A stretch of DNA of 64,000 nt, taken from positions 12,354 through 76,353 of the forward strand of contig CAWFNS010000013.1 in assembly GCA_963817235.1 (NCBI GenBank), in the 5' to 3' direction. A program made the position numbers and the translations under genes. The DNA comes from an uncultured Actinomycetes bacterium (GTDB lineage Bacteria > Actinomycetota > UBA4738 > HRBIN12). Of the stretch, positions 20,304-30,959 are shown in pieces (within the stretch, counting starts at the first letter, position 1; each line of letters opens with the position of its first letter). The notes beneath the pieces were generated by a model. The model worked only from the letters and a program-made list of their open reading frames with translations, had not been told where the DNA came from and searched no databases.

Positions 20304-21085
20304 CGGGCCCGCGCCGCCCAGCGCCCGTCCCGCCGCTCGACCGCGACGTCCATCTCGAAGCACGCCGAGAGGGGGCCGTTCGACACCACGTCGTCGACCG
20401 GACCCGCCGCGAGGACCCGGCCCCGCCGGAGCAGCGCGCCGTGCGTGACGGTCGCAGGGATCTCCTCGAGGTGGTGGGTCGCGAGCAGCGTCGTCGGCCC
20501 GTCGGGGCGTTCGGCGATCGACGACATCGCCGCCAGCAGCCGTTCGCGGGCGGGCAGATCGAGCCCGGCGGCCGGCTCGTCGAACAGCAGGAGCGGGCGG
20601 GCGCCGAACAGCGCTCGGGCGATCAGGATGCGCTGCCGCTCGCCGAGCGAACACGCCGCCAGCGGGCGCAGCGCGAGGTCGCCGCAGCCCATGTCCGTCA
20701 ACGCGGCCAGCGCCCGCTCCCGATCCGCCGGGCCCAGATCCTGCGACCACGTCTCGAGGACGGACGCCTTGCCGGTGAGCACGACGTCGATCGCCCGGGC
20801 CTGCGGACGCAGACGGTCCGCGACGGCGTGCGACACGTGCCCGATACGCCGCCGGAGCCGGCGAACGTCCGTCCGGCCGAGCTCGCCGCCGAGGACACGC
20901 ACGGCGCCGGCCGACGGCTGGCGCCACGCGCCGGCGAGCGACAGCAGCGTCGTCTTCCCGCTGCCGTTCGGTCCGAGGAACACCCACCGCTGTCCCGCTC
21001 GCACGCACAGATCGATCGGGCCGAGGATCGTGCGACCGTCGACGCGCACGGTCGCACCCTCGAAGGCGACGGCTTCGGCGTTCAC
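20300..21085 (-). CDS. Orphan ABC ATP-binding protein (ModF/YlmA-like)
   Basis: GPNGSGKTT, SLGERQR, LLFDEPAAGLD, THH. Confidence 0.9.
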   Translation of the reverse strand: MNAEAVAFEGATVRVDGRTILGPIDLCVRAGQRWVFLGPNGSGKTTLLSLAGAWRQPSAGAVRVLGGELGRTDVRRLRRRIGHVSHAVADRLRPQARAIDVVLTGKASVLETWSQDLGPADRERALAALTDMGCGDLALRPLAACSLGERQRILIARALFGARPLLLFDEPAAGLDLPARERLLAAMSSIAERPDGPTTLLATHHLEEIPATVTHGALLRRGRVLAAGPVDDVVSNGPLSACFEMDVAVERRDGRWAARAR

Positions 21086-22675
21086 CGGACGGCCACGCCG
21101 TACGGCGACTCGAGCAGCTCGGTGACCGTGCCGTCCTCGTCGAAGAACAGGAACCGGTCGAGCAGCCGCATGAACCACCGGTCGTGCGTGACCGCCACCA
21201 CCGTCCCTTCGTACCTGCCCAGCGCCTCCTCCAGGGCGTCGGCGGACGCGACGTCGAGGTTGTCCGTCGGCTCGTCGAGCAGCAGCATCGTCGGCGAATC
21301 GATCTCCATCAGGAGGATCTGGAACCGGGCCTGCTGTCCGCCGGAGAGCAGGGTGTACGGGTTGCCCGCGACGTGATCGAGCTCGTACCGCCGGAGCGCC
21401 GACATCGTCTTCGTCCGGTCGAGGCCCTTCGAACGGAGCACGTCGCCGATCGGTTTGTCGCCGACGTCGGCGCGCTCGTGCAGCTGCGCGAAATGCCCGG
21501 GCGTCACGCGGGCGCCGAGCGTCCACTCGCCGCCGTGGACGATCTCCTCGCCGGCGAGCAGCCGCAGGAAGTGCGTCTTCCCGGTTCCGTTCGGACCCAC
21601 GACGCCGACGCGCTCGCCGAAACGCATCTCCGTGTCGAACGGCTGCACGATGCCGGCGATCGACAGCCCGCGCGCGCGGAACGCGACCTTGCCGGTCCGT
21701 CCGCCCGCCAGGCGCATGCGCACCTCCTGGTTGGCGGCGCGCTCCGGCGGCGTCTCCCGATCCTCGAACCGCTCGAGCCGGTGCTCGGCGGAGCGGGCCT
21801 TCGAGGCCCAGCCGTCGTTGTACGCCGCCTTCCGCTTCATCTCCTTCACCATGTCGCTCAGTCGCCGGTGCTCCTCCTCGTAGCGGCGATGCCGCTCGTC
21901 CAGCCGCTCGAGGCGAGCATCTCGCGCGTCGGCGTACGTGGAGAAGCCGCCCACGTGTGTCCACGCCGCTCGCCCTTCGAGCGTCACGATCCTCGTCGCG
22001 GCACGATCGAGCACCGTCCGATCGTGCGAGACGAACAGGATCGCCCGAGGGTCGTCGCGGATCGTGGTCTCGAGCCACTCCTTCCCCGCCATGTCCAGCG
22101 CGTTGTCGGGTTCGTCCAGCAGCAACACGTCGAACGCCGAGGAGAACACGATCTCGAGCGCCAGCCGCTTGCGCTCGCCACCGGACAGCGTGGTGATCGA
22201 GCGATCGGCGCTCTCGGGGAAGCCGCCGCCGAACGCGCGATGCGCGCAGCGGTCCCACAGGACCTCGGCGCGGTACCCGCCGGCCTGCTCCCACGCGGAC
22301 AGCGCGGCCGCGTACGCCAGCTGGGCGTGCTCATCGGGGTTCGCGGCCAGCCGATCCTCCGCCGCGCGCAGCCGCTCGGCGGCCTGACGGACCGGCTGCT
22401 CGCTGTAGGCGAGCAGGAACTCCCGCACGGTGATCGGACGGTCGGTCGATCCGATGAACTGCCGCATCAGTCCGACGCGGCCGTCGACGTGGATCGAGCC
22501 GGCGGCGGGGCGCTCCTCGGCGGCGATCAACCGCAACAACGTGGTCTTGCCGATGCCGTTCGCGCCGATCAGGCCGACGTGCTCGCCGTCGGGCACGCGG
22601 AACGACACCTCCTGGAAGAGGGTCCATCCGCCCGGCAGCGCGACGGTCACGTCCGTCAGTTCGACGAAAGCCCAT
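21082..22675 (-). CDS. ABC-F family ATPase (two NBDs, no TM); probable 1-nt insertion near the start
   Basis: GANGIGKT/LSGGE/LLLDEPDN and GPNGTGKT/LSGGQ/LLLDEPTDN, joined by a helical linker. Confidence 0.92.
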
Positions 22676-22841
22676 CGCTGCAGCATACGAAGCCCGTTCC
22701 GGGCGGGTTGCAGCTTCGTTGGCCGACCGATAGCGTCCGGTGCCAGGGAGGGACGCAGGCGTGGAGATACGGTTGCGGCGGTCCCCCGGGTTCGTTCTGG
22801 GAGCTGCTGCGTTAGCCCCGTACGGTACGGTACGAGCGCCC

Positions 22842-24506
22842 ATGCGCTCTTCGCCGGCCCGTTCACGTCCCTTGGCTCCCAGCACGAAGCGTGCGATCGC
22901 GGCGTCCGTCGCGAGCATGGCGTTCGTCGCGCTCGTCTCCGCGACGCCGAACTCGCCGTTCAATCCGATCCTGCCCGCGACGGAGCGCGCGTTCGGTCCG
23001 CTGCGGTGGATCTCGTCGCTGCTCGGCCTCGGCCATCTCGACCCGGCCGGGCTCATGCTCGTCGGGCTGCTCGCGACCACGTCGGCCGCGGTCGGCTTCC
23101 TGCTGATCCTCCGCGAAGCATGGAACCGGCGGATCTCGTTGAAGATGGTGGTGCTGCTGGCGATCGGCTTCCACCTGCTGGTGCTGATGCTCCCGCTGCT
23201 GTTCTCCCGTGACGTCTACAGCTACGCGTACTACGGACGCATCGTCAGCACGTACGGCGGCAACCCCTACGTCCTGACGCCGCGCGACTTCCCGCTGAAC
23301 TCGCTGTGGTCGCTCACGTGGCCGGGCTGGCGCGGCACGCCGTCGGTGTACGGCCCGCTGTTCACCTGGATGTCCGCGGCGCTCACGGGCACCGCGAAGA
23401 GCCTCCGGAGCCTGATCACCGGCTTCCAGCTGCTCGCCGCGGTCGCGAGCCTCGGCACGATCGCGGTCGTGGCCCACACGGTCCGCAAGGTGCGGCCCGA
23501 TCGTGCGACCTTCGCGGTCGCGATCATCGGGCTGAACCCGATCGTGATCTTCCACGTGGTCGGCGGCGGCCACAACGACATGCTCGTCGCGTTCTTCGTG
23601 GCCGTGGCGGTCGCGTTCCTGTTCTCCGAGCACGAGCTCCTGTCCGCGATCGCGCTCGCGCTCGGCATGTCGGTGAAGGCGAGCGCGATCGTGCCGCTCG
23701 CGTTGCTCATGGTCGCGATCATCGCGAGCGCCTCGCCGGAGCGGCGGCGGCGCGTGCTGGTCACGTACGGCGCCGTCGTCGGCGGGGTGTGGCTCGCGCT
23801 GGCGCTCCCCTTCCTCCAGGCGACGAACCCGACCCTCGGCCTGATGGAGGTCTCCGGCCACGACTCGTGGATGGCGCCGGGCCAGCTCGTGGTGCGGGCC
23901 GCCTCCGGCCTCGGCGGCCTGCTGGGCGGCGACGCCTGGCGCGCCCCGGCCGCCACCGGCGCCCGGGTCGCGCTGTTCGGCATCTCGCTCGTCGCCGTGA
24001 TCGCGATCGGCCGCCGCATCTGGCGGAGCCCCGAGGCGCGGACCCCGGTCGCGCTCACCGCCGCGTGGGGGTGGGCGTTCCTCGCGGTGATGCTGCCCTC
24101 GCCGGTCCTGTTCACCTGGTACCTCGTGTGGGCCCTCCCGCTGGCGTGGGCGCTGCCGAAGATCGCGCGCCGCGGGATGGTGATCCTCTCGGCGTTCTTC
24201 GTCGTGACGCAGCTCGTCACGGAGTCCTCGGAGCTGCCGGCGGTCCTGCGCTCGGTCAAGCTCCCGTTCGGGCACCCGATCGCGATCGCCGTGTGCCTGT
24301 GGATCGGCGCCGACCTCGTGCGCCGGTTGCGGCGCGGCACGCCGCTCGAGGCCGAGACCGGCGAGCCGCGGTTCGGCGACGGGTTCGAAGCCGGGCCGAC
24401 CGAGCCCGCGGAGACGGAACCCGAGCTGGAGAGCCCGACCCTCGTGCCGGTGCGGACGGGCGGCGTCGCCGCCGCGAGCCCGGCCTCGATGCTGCACTTC
24501 CGCTGA
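22842..24506 (+). CDS. Second MptB-like alpha-mannosyltransferase (GT-C)
   Basis: PLLFSRDVYSYAYYGR, SVYGP, LNP..GGGHND, VKAS, TWY; intact ORF. Confidence 0.88.
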   Translation: MRSSPARSRPLAPSTKRAIAASVASMAFVALVSATPNSPFNPILPATERAFGPLRWISSLLGLGHLDPAGLMLVGLLATTSAAVGFLLILREAWNRRISLKMVVLLAIGFHLLVLMLPLLFSRDVYSYAYYGRIVSTYGGNPYVLTPRDFPLNSLWSLTWPGWRGTPSVYGPLFTWMSAALTGTAKSLRSLITGFQLLAAVASLGTIAVVAHTVRKVRPDRATFAVAIIGLNPIVIFHVVGGGHNDMLVAFFVAVAVAFLFSEHELLSAIALALGMSVKASAIVPLALLMVAIIASASPERRRRVLVTYGAVVGGVWLALALPFLQATNPTLGLMEVSGHDSWMAPGQLVVRAASGLGGLLGGDAWRAPAATGARVALFGISLVAVIAIGRRIWRSPEARTPVALTAAWGWAFLAVMLPSPVLFTWYLVWALPLAWALPKIARRGMVILSAFFVVTQLVTESSELPAVLRSVKLPFGHPIAIAVCLWIGADLVRRLRRGTPLEAETGEPRFGDGFEAGPTEPAETEPELESPTLVPVRTGGVAAASPASMLHFR

Positions 24507-24533
24507 TCCCCGGGCGGTCCGGGAGGCGGCGGG

Positions 24534-25133
24534 ATGACGAAGACCGGGGCACGCACCGCGCTGATCGCGTGCGGCGCCGTCGCGCAGGACACGGCGACGC
24601 TCGTGCGGATGCACGGGTGGGACGCCGACGTGCACGGGATCTCCTCGGAGCTGCACATGACGCCGCGGGACATCGGGCCCGCCGTCGAAGCGAAGCTGCG
24701 GGCGCTGCTGCCCGACTACGACCGCGTGGTCGTCGTCTACGGCGACTGCGGCACGGGCGGCCGACTCGACGAGGTGCTCGCTCGGTACCCGGCCGTGCGG
24801 CCGGCGGGCGCGCACTGCTTCGCGTGGTACGCGGGCGAGCTGTTCCGCGGCTTCGCGGAAGAGCCGGGGATCTACTTCCTGACGGACTGGCTCGTCCAGA
24901 ACTGGGAGCGCGCCGTGATCAAGGGCCTGGGCATCGACCGCTACCCGTGGATGGCCGAGCGCTACTTCGGGAACCTCGAACGCGTGCTGTTCGTGCGCCA
25001 GCACCCGGACGCGGAGCGAGAGGAGAAGGCCCGCGCGATCGCCGCGTTCATGGGCAAGCCGCTCGAGATCCACGATCTGGGCATCCGCCCGCTCGAGGAG
25101 CTGCTCACGCCCCTGATGGAGGGAGCCGACTAG
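24534..25133 (+). CDS. DUF1638-domain protein
   Basis: IACGA, LHMTP, VVYGDCGTGG, HC, YFLTDWL. Confidence 0.85.
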   Translation: MTKTGARTALIACGAVAQDTATLVRMHGWDADVHGISSELHMTPRDIGPAVEAKLRALLPDYDRVVVVYGDCGTGGRLDEVLARYPAVRPAGAHCFAWYAGELFRGFAEEPGIYFLTDWLVQNWERAVIKGLGIDRYPWMAERYFGNLERVLFVRQHPDAEREEKARAIAAFMGKPLEIHDLGIRPLEELLTPLMEGAD

Positions 25134-26174
25134 GTCGCGGCCGCCGCGAGGGCGAGCTGGCCACAGGCGGCGTCGATGTCGCGGCCACGCGTGTCGCGCA
25201 CCGTCACGTTCACGCCGTTCGCCTCGAGCGCCGCGACGAAGCGGCGGATCCGCGCCGGCGGGGAGCCCACCACGGGATAGCCCGGCGTCGGGTTGAGCGG
25301 GATCAGGTTCACGTGCGCGTGGAGGCGGCGCGCGATCGGCGCAAGGAGCGCGGCCTGCTCCTCGGTGTCGTTCACGCGGTCGATCAAGGCCCACTCGATC
25401 GAGGGACGGCGACGGGTGGCCGTCCGCCACTCCTCGATCGCTCGTTCGAGCTCGGCGAGCGGCCAGCGGTCGTTCGGCGGGACCAGCTCCGAGCGGAGCT
25501 CGTCGGATGCGGCGTGGAAGCTCACCGCGAGGCCGACCTGCGGGTGGGCGCTCGCGAGCCGCCGGATGCCCGGCGCAAGCCCGACCGTCGAAAGGGTGAC
25601 GTGCCGAGCCCCGAGACCGAACGCATCACGCGACGGTGAGCGTCCCGAGCGCCGCGAACACGTGCCGCTCGTTCGCGAGCGGCTCCCCCATCCCCATGAA
25701 CACGACGTTGCTCAGGCGCCGCGGGGTCGTGTCCGGGAGGTTCGCGGCCTCGCGCCGCGCCCACACGGCCTGCGCCGCGATCTCGCCGGCGGTCAGGTTG
25801 TTCTTCAGGCCCATCTGGCCGGTCGCGCAGAACGTGCAGCCCATCGCGCAACCCGCCTGGGACGAAACGCACACCGTCACACGGTCCGGGTAGCCCATCA
25901 GCACGGCCTCGACCACGTGCGCGCCGCCGAGGCGGAGCAGCGCCTTGCGCGTGGAGCCGCGATCGGCCGTGCGCTCGTCGAGGACCTCGACCCCGAGGGG
26001 CAGGTCGGCCGCGAGCCGCTCCCGCAACGCCGGCGACAGGTCGGACATCGCGTCGTACGTCGCCGCCCGCTTCCACAGCTGGTTCCAGACCTGCTTCGCG
26101 CGGTACTGCGGTTCGCCCCACGCGACGAGCCGGTCGGTGAGCTGCTCGAGGGTCAGGTCGTAGACGGTCGGCAC
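25130..26174 (-). CDS. rlmN: 23S rRNA m2A2503 / tRNA radical-SAM methyltransferase RlmN (frameshift ~25630)
   Basis: CVSSQAGCAMGCTFCATG, MGMGEP, NLIPLN, RGRDIDAACGQL. Confidence 0.95.
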
Positions 26175-26181
26175 GGGCTCG

Positions 26182-26191
26182 AGCGTACGCT
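26182..26191. promoter_or_regulatory. Palindromic bidirectional -10 element (AGCGTACGCT) between rlmN and the glycosylase gene
   Basis: TACGCT on both strands, 7 nt before the rlmN GTG and 9 nt before ATG 26201; the intergenic gap is only 26 bp. Confidence 0.6.
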
Positions 26192-26200
26192 GGGCGCGCG

Positions 26201-27081
26201 ATGGCGACCGCGACGATCCGCCTCGAGCACCCGGTGGATCTGCGCCGGACCGTGTTCCCGCTGGTCCGCGGCGACGGCGACCCCACAGCCCGCGTCGACT
26301 GGCTCGGCGGTGTGGCGGGCGGTCCGCACCCCGGACGGCGCCGCGACGCTCCGACTGACGCAGACGGCGACGTCGGTGGTCGAGGCCGAAGCCTGGGGCC
26401 CGGGCGCGGAACACGCCCTCGCGGTCGCGGCTCCCGGGTTGTCCGGCGCGCTCGATCATCCCGACGCCTTCATGCAGCCGGCTGCACCCCGCCGTGGCGG
26501 CGGCCTGGCGCGACCACCGGAACGTCCTGCTCACGCGCGCCGAGCCGTTCCCGGTGCTGATCGCGGCCATCCTCGAGCAGAAGGTGACCGGCATCGAAGC
26601 ACGCAGGGCCTGGCGGCAGATCGTGCGGCGGACGTCCGATCCGGCGCCGGGCGACGCGGGCCTGCTCCTCCCTCCCGACCCCGAGCGGCTCGCGGCGATC
26701 CCCGGCTGGGAGCTGACCCGGCTCGGCGTCACCGGCCGGCGCGCCGCGACCCTCCGCGAGGCCGCCAGGCACCCGAAGAAGATCGCCGCGCTGACCGATG
26801 CCGCGTGGCTCGCGAAGCTCCCGGGCATCGGTCCGTGGACGCTCGGCGAGGTCGGACGGATCGCGTTCGGCGACCCCGACGCGATCTCGGTCGGCGACGC
26901 CCACCTGCCGAACATCGTGTGCTGGGCGCTCGCGCAGGAGCCGCGCGGCACCGACGAACGGATGCTCGAGCTGCTCGAGCCCTACCGCGGTCAGCGCGGC
27001 CGCGTCGAGGTGTTGCTGGAGGCCTCCGGCATCCATCCGCCGGCGTTCGGCCCGAAGGTCGAGCCGCGCTCGTTCGTCTGA
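26201..27081 (+). CDS. AlkA-like DNA-3-methyladenine glycosylase (HhH-GPD) (frameshifts ~26305 and ~26475)
   Basis: RGDGDP, RTPDG, ILEQKVTG, LPGIGPWT, GDPDAISVGD, LLEPYRGQR. Confidence 0.88.
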
Positions 27082-27088
27082 CCGTCGA

Positions 27089-30000
27089 TCAGCCGGCGCG
27101 CTCGAGGACCTCGGCGACCGGCCGAGCTGCGCGGTACCCGGCCGCGCGCTCGGGCGCGAGGGAGCCGGCGACCTCGTGGATGATCGCGACCGCCTCCTCG
27201 AGCGAGCGATCCGACGATGCCGCCGCGTCCGGGACGCCGCGCACAGCGTCTGCGAGCGCGGCGCGCGCCTGCCACCGGTACAGGGGCGAGCCGAGGGCGT
27301 CGGCCAGGCAACCGCTTCGTCCAGCTGCGACGCCGCGTCATCGCGAAAGCCCCTGCGCCGCGAGCGTCCGACCGAGCGTGATCATCGCAACCACCTCGTA
27401 CTTCTTCCGGCCGACGGGCCGGGCCAGGTCGAGCGCGCGCCCCGACCACGTCACGGCGTCGTCGAGCCGGCCCCGCATGCGCTCCAGCTCGGCGCGCACG
27501 ACCGCCAGCCGCCCGGTGATCAGCCAGTGCTCCCAGGCGGGACTCGCGACCGCGTCGTCCCACGCGGCCGGCCATTCCCGCTCGACCGCGGCCACGTCGT
27601 CGCCCAGCAGTTGGGCGCAGATCAGATCGGCCCGCGCGTTCATCCACGGCATGTTGAAGTCGCTCGGTCCGAGCCGCTCGACCATCCGCTCGCTCCGTCG
27701 TCGCGCCTCCTCCAGCGCGTACACGTCACGGAGCGGCCTCGTCGAGTCGTTCGTCACGCGGATGTCCCACGCGCCGAGACGATGGGCGGTCGCGATCGCC
27801 TCGTCCCCGCGAGCGATCGCCTCCTCGTAGCGTCCGAGCCCCGCCAGGTTGAGCCCGATCTGTCCGAAGCTCCCGATCACGTACTCCGCGCTCTGCGGCC
27901 CAAGGCCGTGGATCTCCGATCCCTCGCGCGCGAGCTCGAGCCCCCGCTGGTAGCTCCCCATCCAGTAGTTGACGGCGATGTGCATGTGGTAGTGCGACGA
28001 CAGCTCGTAGGGACGGGAGTCCGCCGGCCATCCGGCGAGGGCTCGGTCGCCGATCTCGGCCGCGCGGGCCAGGTCCCCGGCATCTCCACGCATCGAGTGC
28101 GCCTTGCTCAGCACGGCGAGCGCGCGCCCCTCGAGCTCGGGTGCCTCGGCCGACGCCAGCTCCAGGGCCTGCCGCGCCCACGCGAACATCTCCTCCGTGT
28201 TCTCCGTCCCGGCCATCGCGTGTCCGCACGCGATGAGCGCCTCGACCTTCTGGGCACCGTGGAGCTCGGGCAGCAAGGCGGTGAGTTCCTCCACCCCTCG
28301 ATCCGTCTCCCACAGGTCCACGAGGGCGACGCCGCGCTCGAGACGGATCGCGCGCCGTTGGTCGTCGGAACCGGCGAGCTCGAGCGCCTGGGTGTAGAGG
28401 TCCCACGTCTCGTCGGTCGCCATCGCGTCGCGAGCCCGCTCGGCGGCTACCAGGGAGTACCGAACCGCCCGCTCGGGCTCCCCCGCCTCACGACAGTGGT
28501 GCGCCAGGATCCAGGCGACCTCGTCCGGGTCGTCGGCGCTCCGCTCGATCGCGTCGGCCGTCGCGGCGTGCAGCTCGCGCCGGGTGCTCCGCGGGAGCAT
28601 CTCGTAGGCGGCGTCCCGCACGAGCACGTGCTTGAAGAGGTACTCGACGTCTCCGGCGACCCTGCTGCGGTCCTGACGCCGCACGAGTCCGGTCGCCGTG
28701 AGGACGTCGAGCGCCGCGTCGACGTCGGCGAGTCCGGCGGAGGAGGCGACCACGCCGCGCCAGAACGCCTGGCCCATGACGGAGGCGTGCAGCAGCGCGG
28801 TCCGCGCGTCCGCCGGCAGCGCGTCGATCCTCGCGACGGTCGCCGCACGGATCGTCGGGGGAAGCACGTCGGGATCGGGATCGGTCACGGCCGCGAGCTC
28901 CTCGAGGAACAGCGGGTTGCCTTCGGCGGTCCCGACCACCCGCTCGATCACCGCCCGCCGCTCCGGTGCCACCAGGCCGGCCGCCATCTCCGTGGCTTCC
29001 TCCACGGTCAGCGGCTCCAGCGACAGCGTGATCGGCGACGTCGCGTCGGTCCCCCACGTGCTCCGTCGCTGGAGGAGCTCGGGACGGGCGAGCGCGAGGA
29101 ACAGCACCGGACGGTCGTTCACGTGCCCGGCCAGGTAGTCCACGAGCTCGAGCAACGGCTCGTCGGCCCAGTACACGTCCTCGAACACGAGCACCAGGGG
29201 GGTCCGGGCGGCGAGCTCCTCGATGACGCGGCGCGCGGCGTACTGGAGGTGGACCGGGTCGTCGGTCGGGTCGTCGAGCCCGAGACCCATCAGCAACGAG
29301 AGATGCCTCGTCGTGTCGGTGGCCTCGTCGGCGAGGTGCAGGTCGGCGACCAGGCCCGCGAGCTTCCTCCGCGCCTCGGCCGGAGGATCGTCCTCGAAGA
29401 TCCCGGCCGCCCGCCCCACCATCTCCGAGACGGCGCGGTACGGCGTCTGCTCCGCGTACGGCAGGCTGCGGCCCCACAGGACCCGACGCCCCGCTCCGCT
29501 CGAGCTCGTCGGTCACCACGCGGGCCACACGCGTCTTCCCGATGCCCGGCGGGCCGAGCAGCGTGATCAGGCGCGGCTGGTTCGTCGCGGCGACCTGGTC
29601 CCACAGCTCGCGGATCGCCTGCAGCTCCCCCCGCCGCCCGACCAGCGGCGTCGCCGACGGCGGTCGGAACGCCGGCTCGACGACGGCGCTCCCCACGAGC
29701 CACGCCGCGACCGGGTCCCGCTTCCCTTTCGCGTCGATGGGATCCAGCGGCTCGAACGTGAAGACGTCCTTCGTGAACCCATGGGTCTCCTCCCCCACGA
29801 CGACGCGGCCGGGCGGCGCGGCCGACTGGAGGCGGGCCGCGGTGTTCACGATGTCGCCGGTCGCGAGCGGCTCGACCGGGCCGGCGTCGAGCGTGACGAG
29901 CGCCTCGCCGGTCGCCACCGCCGCCCGGATCTGCAGCCCCAGTCCCGGGTGCGTCCGGTTCAGCTCCTCGATCGCGTCGAGCGAGTCGAGCGCCGCTCGC

Positions 30001-30314
30001 ACGGCCCGCTCGGCATCGTCGTCGCGCGCGAGCGGCGCGCCGAACACCGCCATCACGGCGTCGCCGATGAACTTCTCCACCACGCCGCCGAACCGCTCGA
30101 TCCGGTCGCGGACCTCGTGAAGGTAAAGGCGGTTCAGCTCCCGGACGTCCTCGGGATCGGCGCCATCGGCCCGCGCGGTCGATCCCACCATGTCGATGAA
30201 CAGCACCGAGACGAGCTTGCGCTCTTCGCGGCCGCCGCCGGCGAGCGCGGCCCCGCACGACGGACAGAACCGCGCGTCCGGAGGCGCGTCGGATCCGCAG
30301 CGAGGACACCGCAC
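27089..30314 (-). CDS. Zn-ribbon + class III nucleotide cyclase + STAND/AAA ATPase + TPR protein (frameshifts ~29485 and ~27345)
   Basis: CPRC..FCPSCG; VLFIDMVGST, EKFIGDAVM, GDIVNTAARLQ; GPPGIGKT; FEDVYWAD; GNPLFLEE; FKHVLVRD. Confidence 0.9.
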
Positions 30315-30389
30315 GTCGGGCATCGTAGGCACGGGCCGTCGACGGGCGCCACCGGCGGGCGGACCCGCGGCCTGACTATCATCCGCCGC

Positions 30390-30950
30390 ATGCCGGGCCG
30401 GGTGATGGATCGTGACGAGGCGCACGCGTTCGCCCGCGAGCGCTGCCTGAAGGACACGACGTTCCGGCACCTCGTCTCGGTCGAGGGGGTGATGCGCGCG
30501 CTCGCCCGGCGCTTCGACGAGGACCAGGACCTGTGGGGCCTCACCGGGCTGTTCCACGACCTGGACCAGGACCACACCGGCGACGACGGCGCGCAGCACG
30601 CGCGGCTCGCCGCCGAGTGGCTCGGGGAGGCAGACCTCGACCAGCGCGTGATCAACGGGGTCCTCGCCCACGCGTACGAGGAGTACCGGACCGACCGGAT
30701 GTCGCAGGCGGTGGTGCACGCCGACGCCGTCGCCGGCCTGCTCGTCGCGGCCGCGCTCGTGCGCCCCGAGAAGGCGACCGGCATGAAGGTCTCGAGCGTG
30801 AAGAAGAAGCTCAAGGAGAAGGCGTTCGCCCCCGGCGTCAACCGCGACGAGGTCACCGACGTCGAGGAGCGGATCGGCCTGCCGCTCGACGAGTTCCTCG
30901 CCGTGTCGATCGAGGGGCTGCAGGACGTCGCCCCCGAGATCGACCTCTGA
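30390..30950 (+). CDS. HDIG/HD-domain phosphohydrolase
   Basis: RH..VEGVM, GLFHDLD, H, LAH, AD..GL, SVKKKLKEKAFAPGVNR. Confidence 0.88.
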   Translation: MPGRVMDRDEAHAFARERCLKDTTFRHLVSVEGVMRALARRFDEDQDLWGLTGLFHDLDQDHTGDDGAQHARLAAEWLGEADLDQRVINGVLAHAYEEYRTDRMSQAVVHADAVAGLLVAAALVRPEKATGMKVSSVKKKLKEKAFAPGVNRDEVTDVEERIGLPLDEFLAVSIEGLQDVAPEIDL

Positions 30951-30959
30951 GAGCCGACC

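Noticed and set aside
22819-22835. Short tandem repeat (GTACG)x3 between the ABC-F and mptB-like genes
   Set aside because: Too short to call a repeat element or operator; it probably just contains a TACGGT -10.
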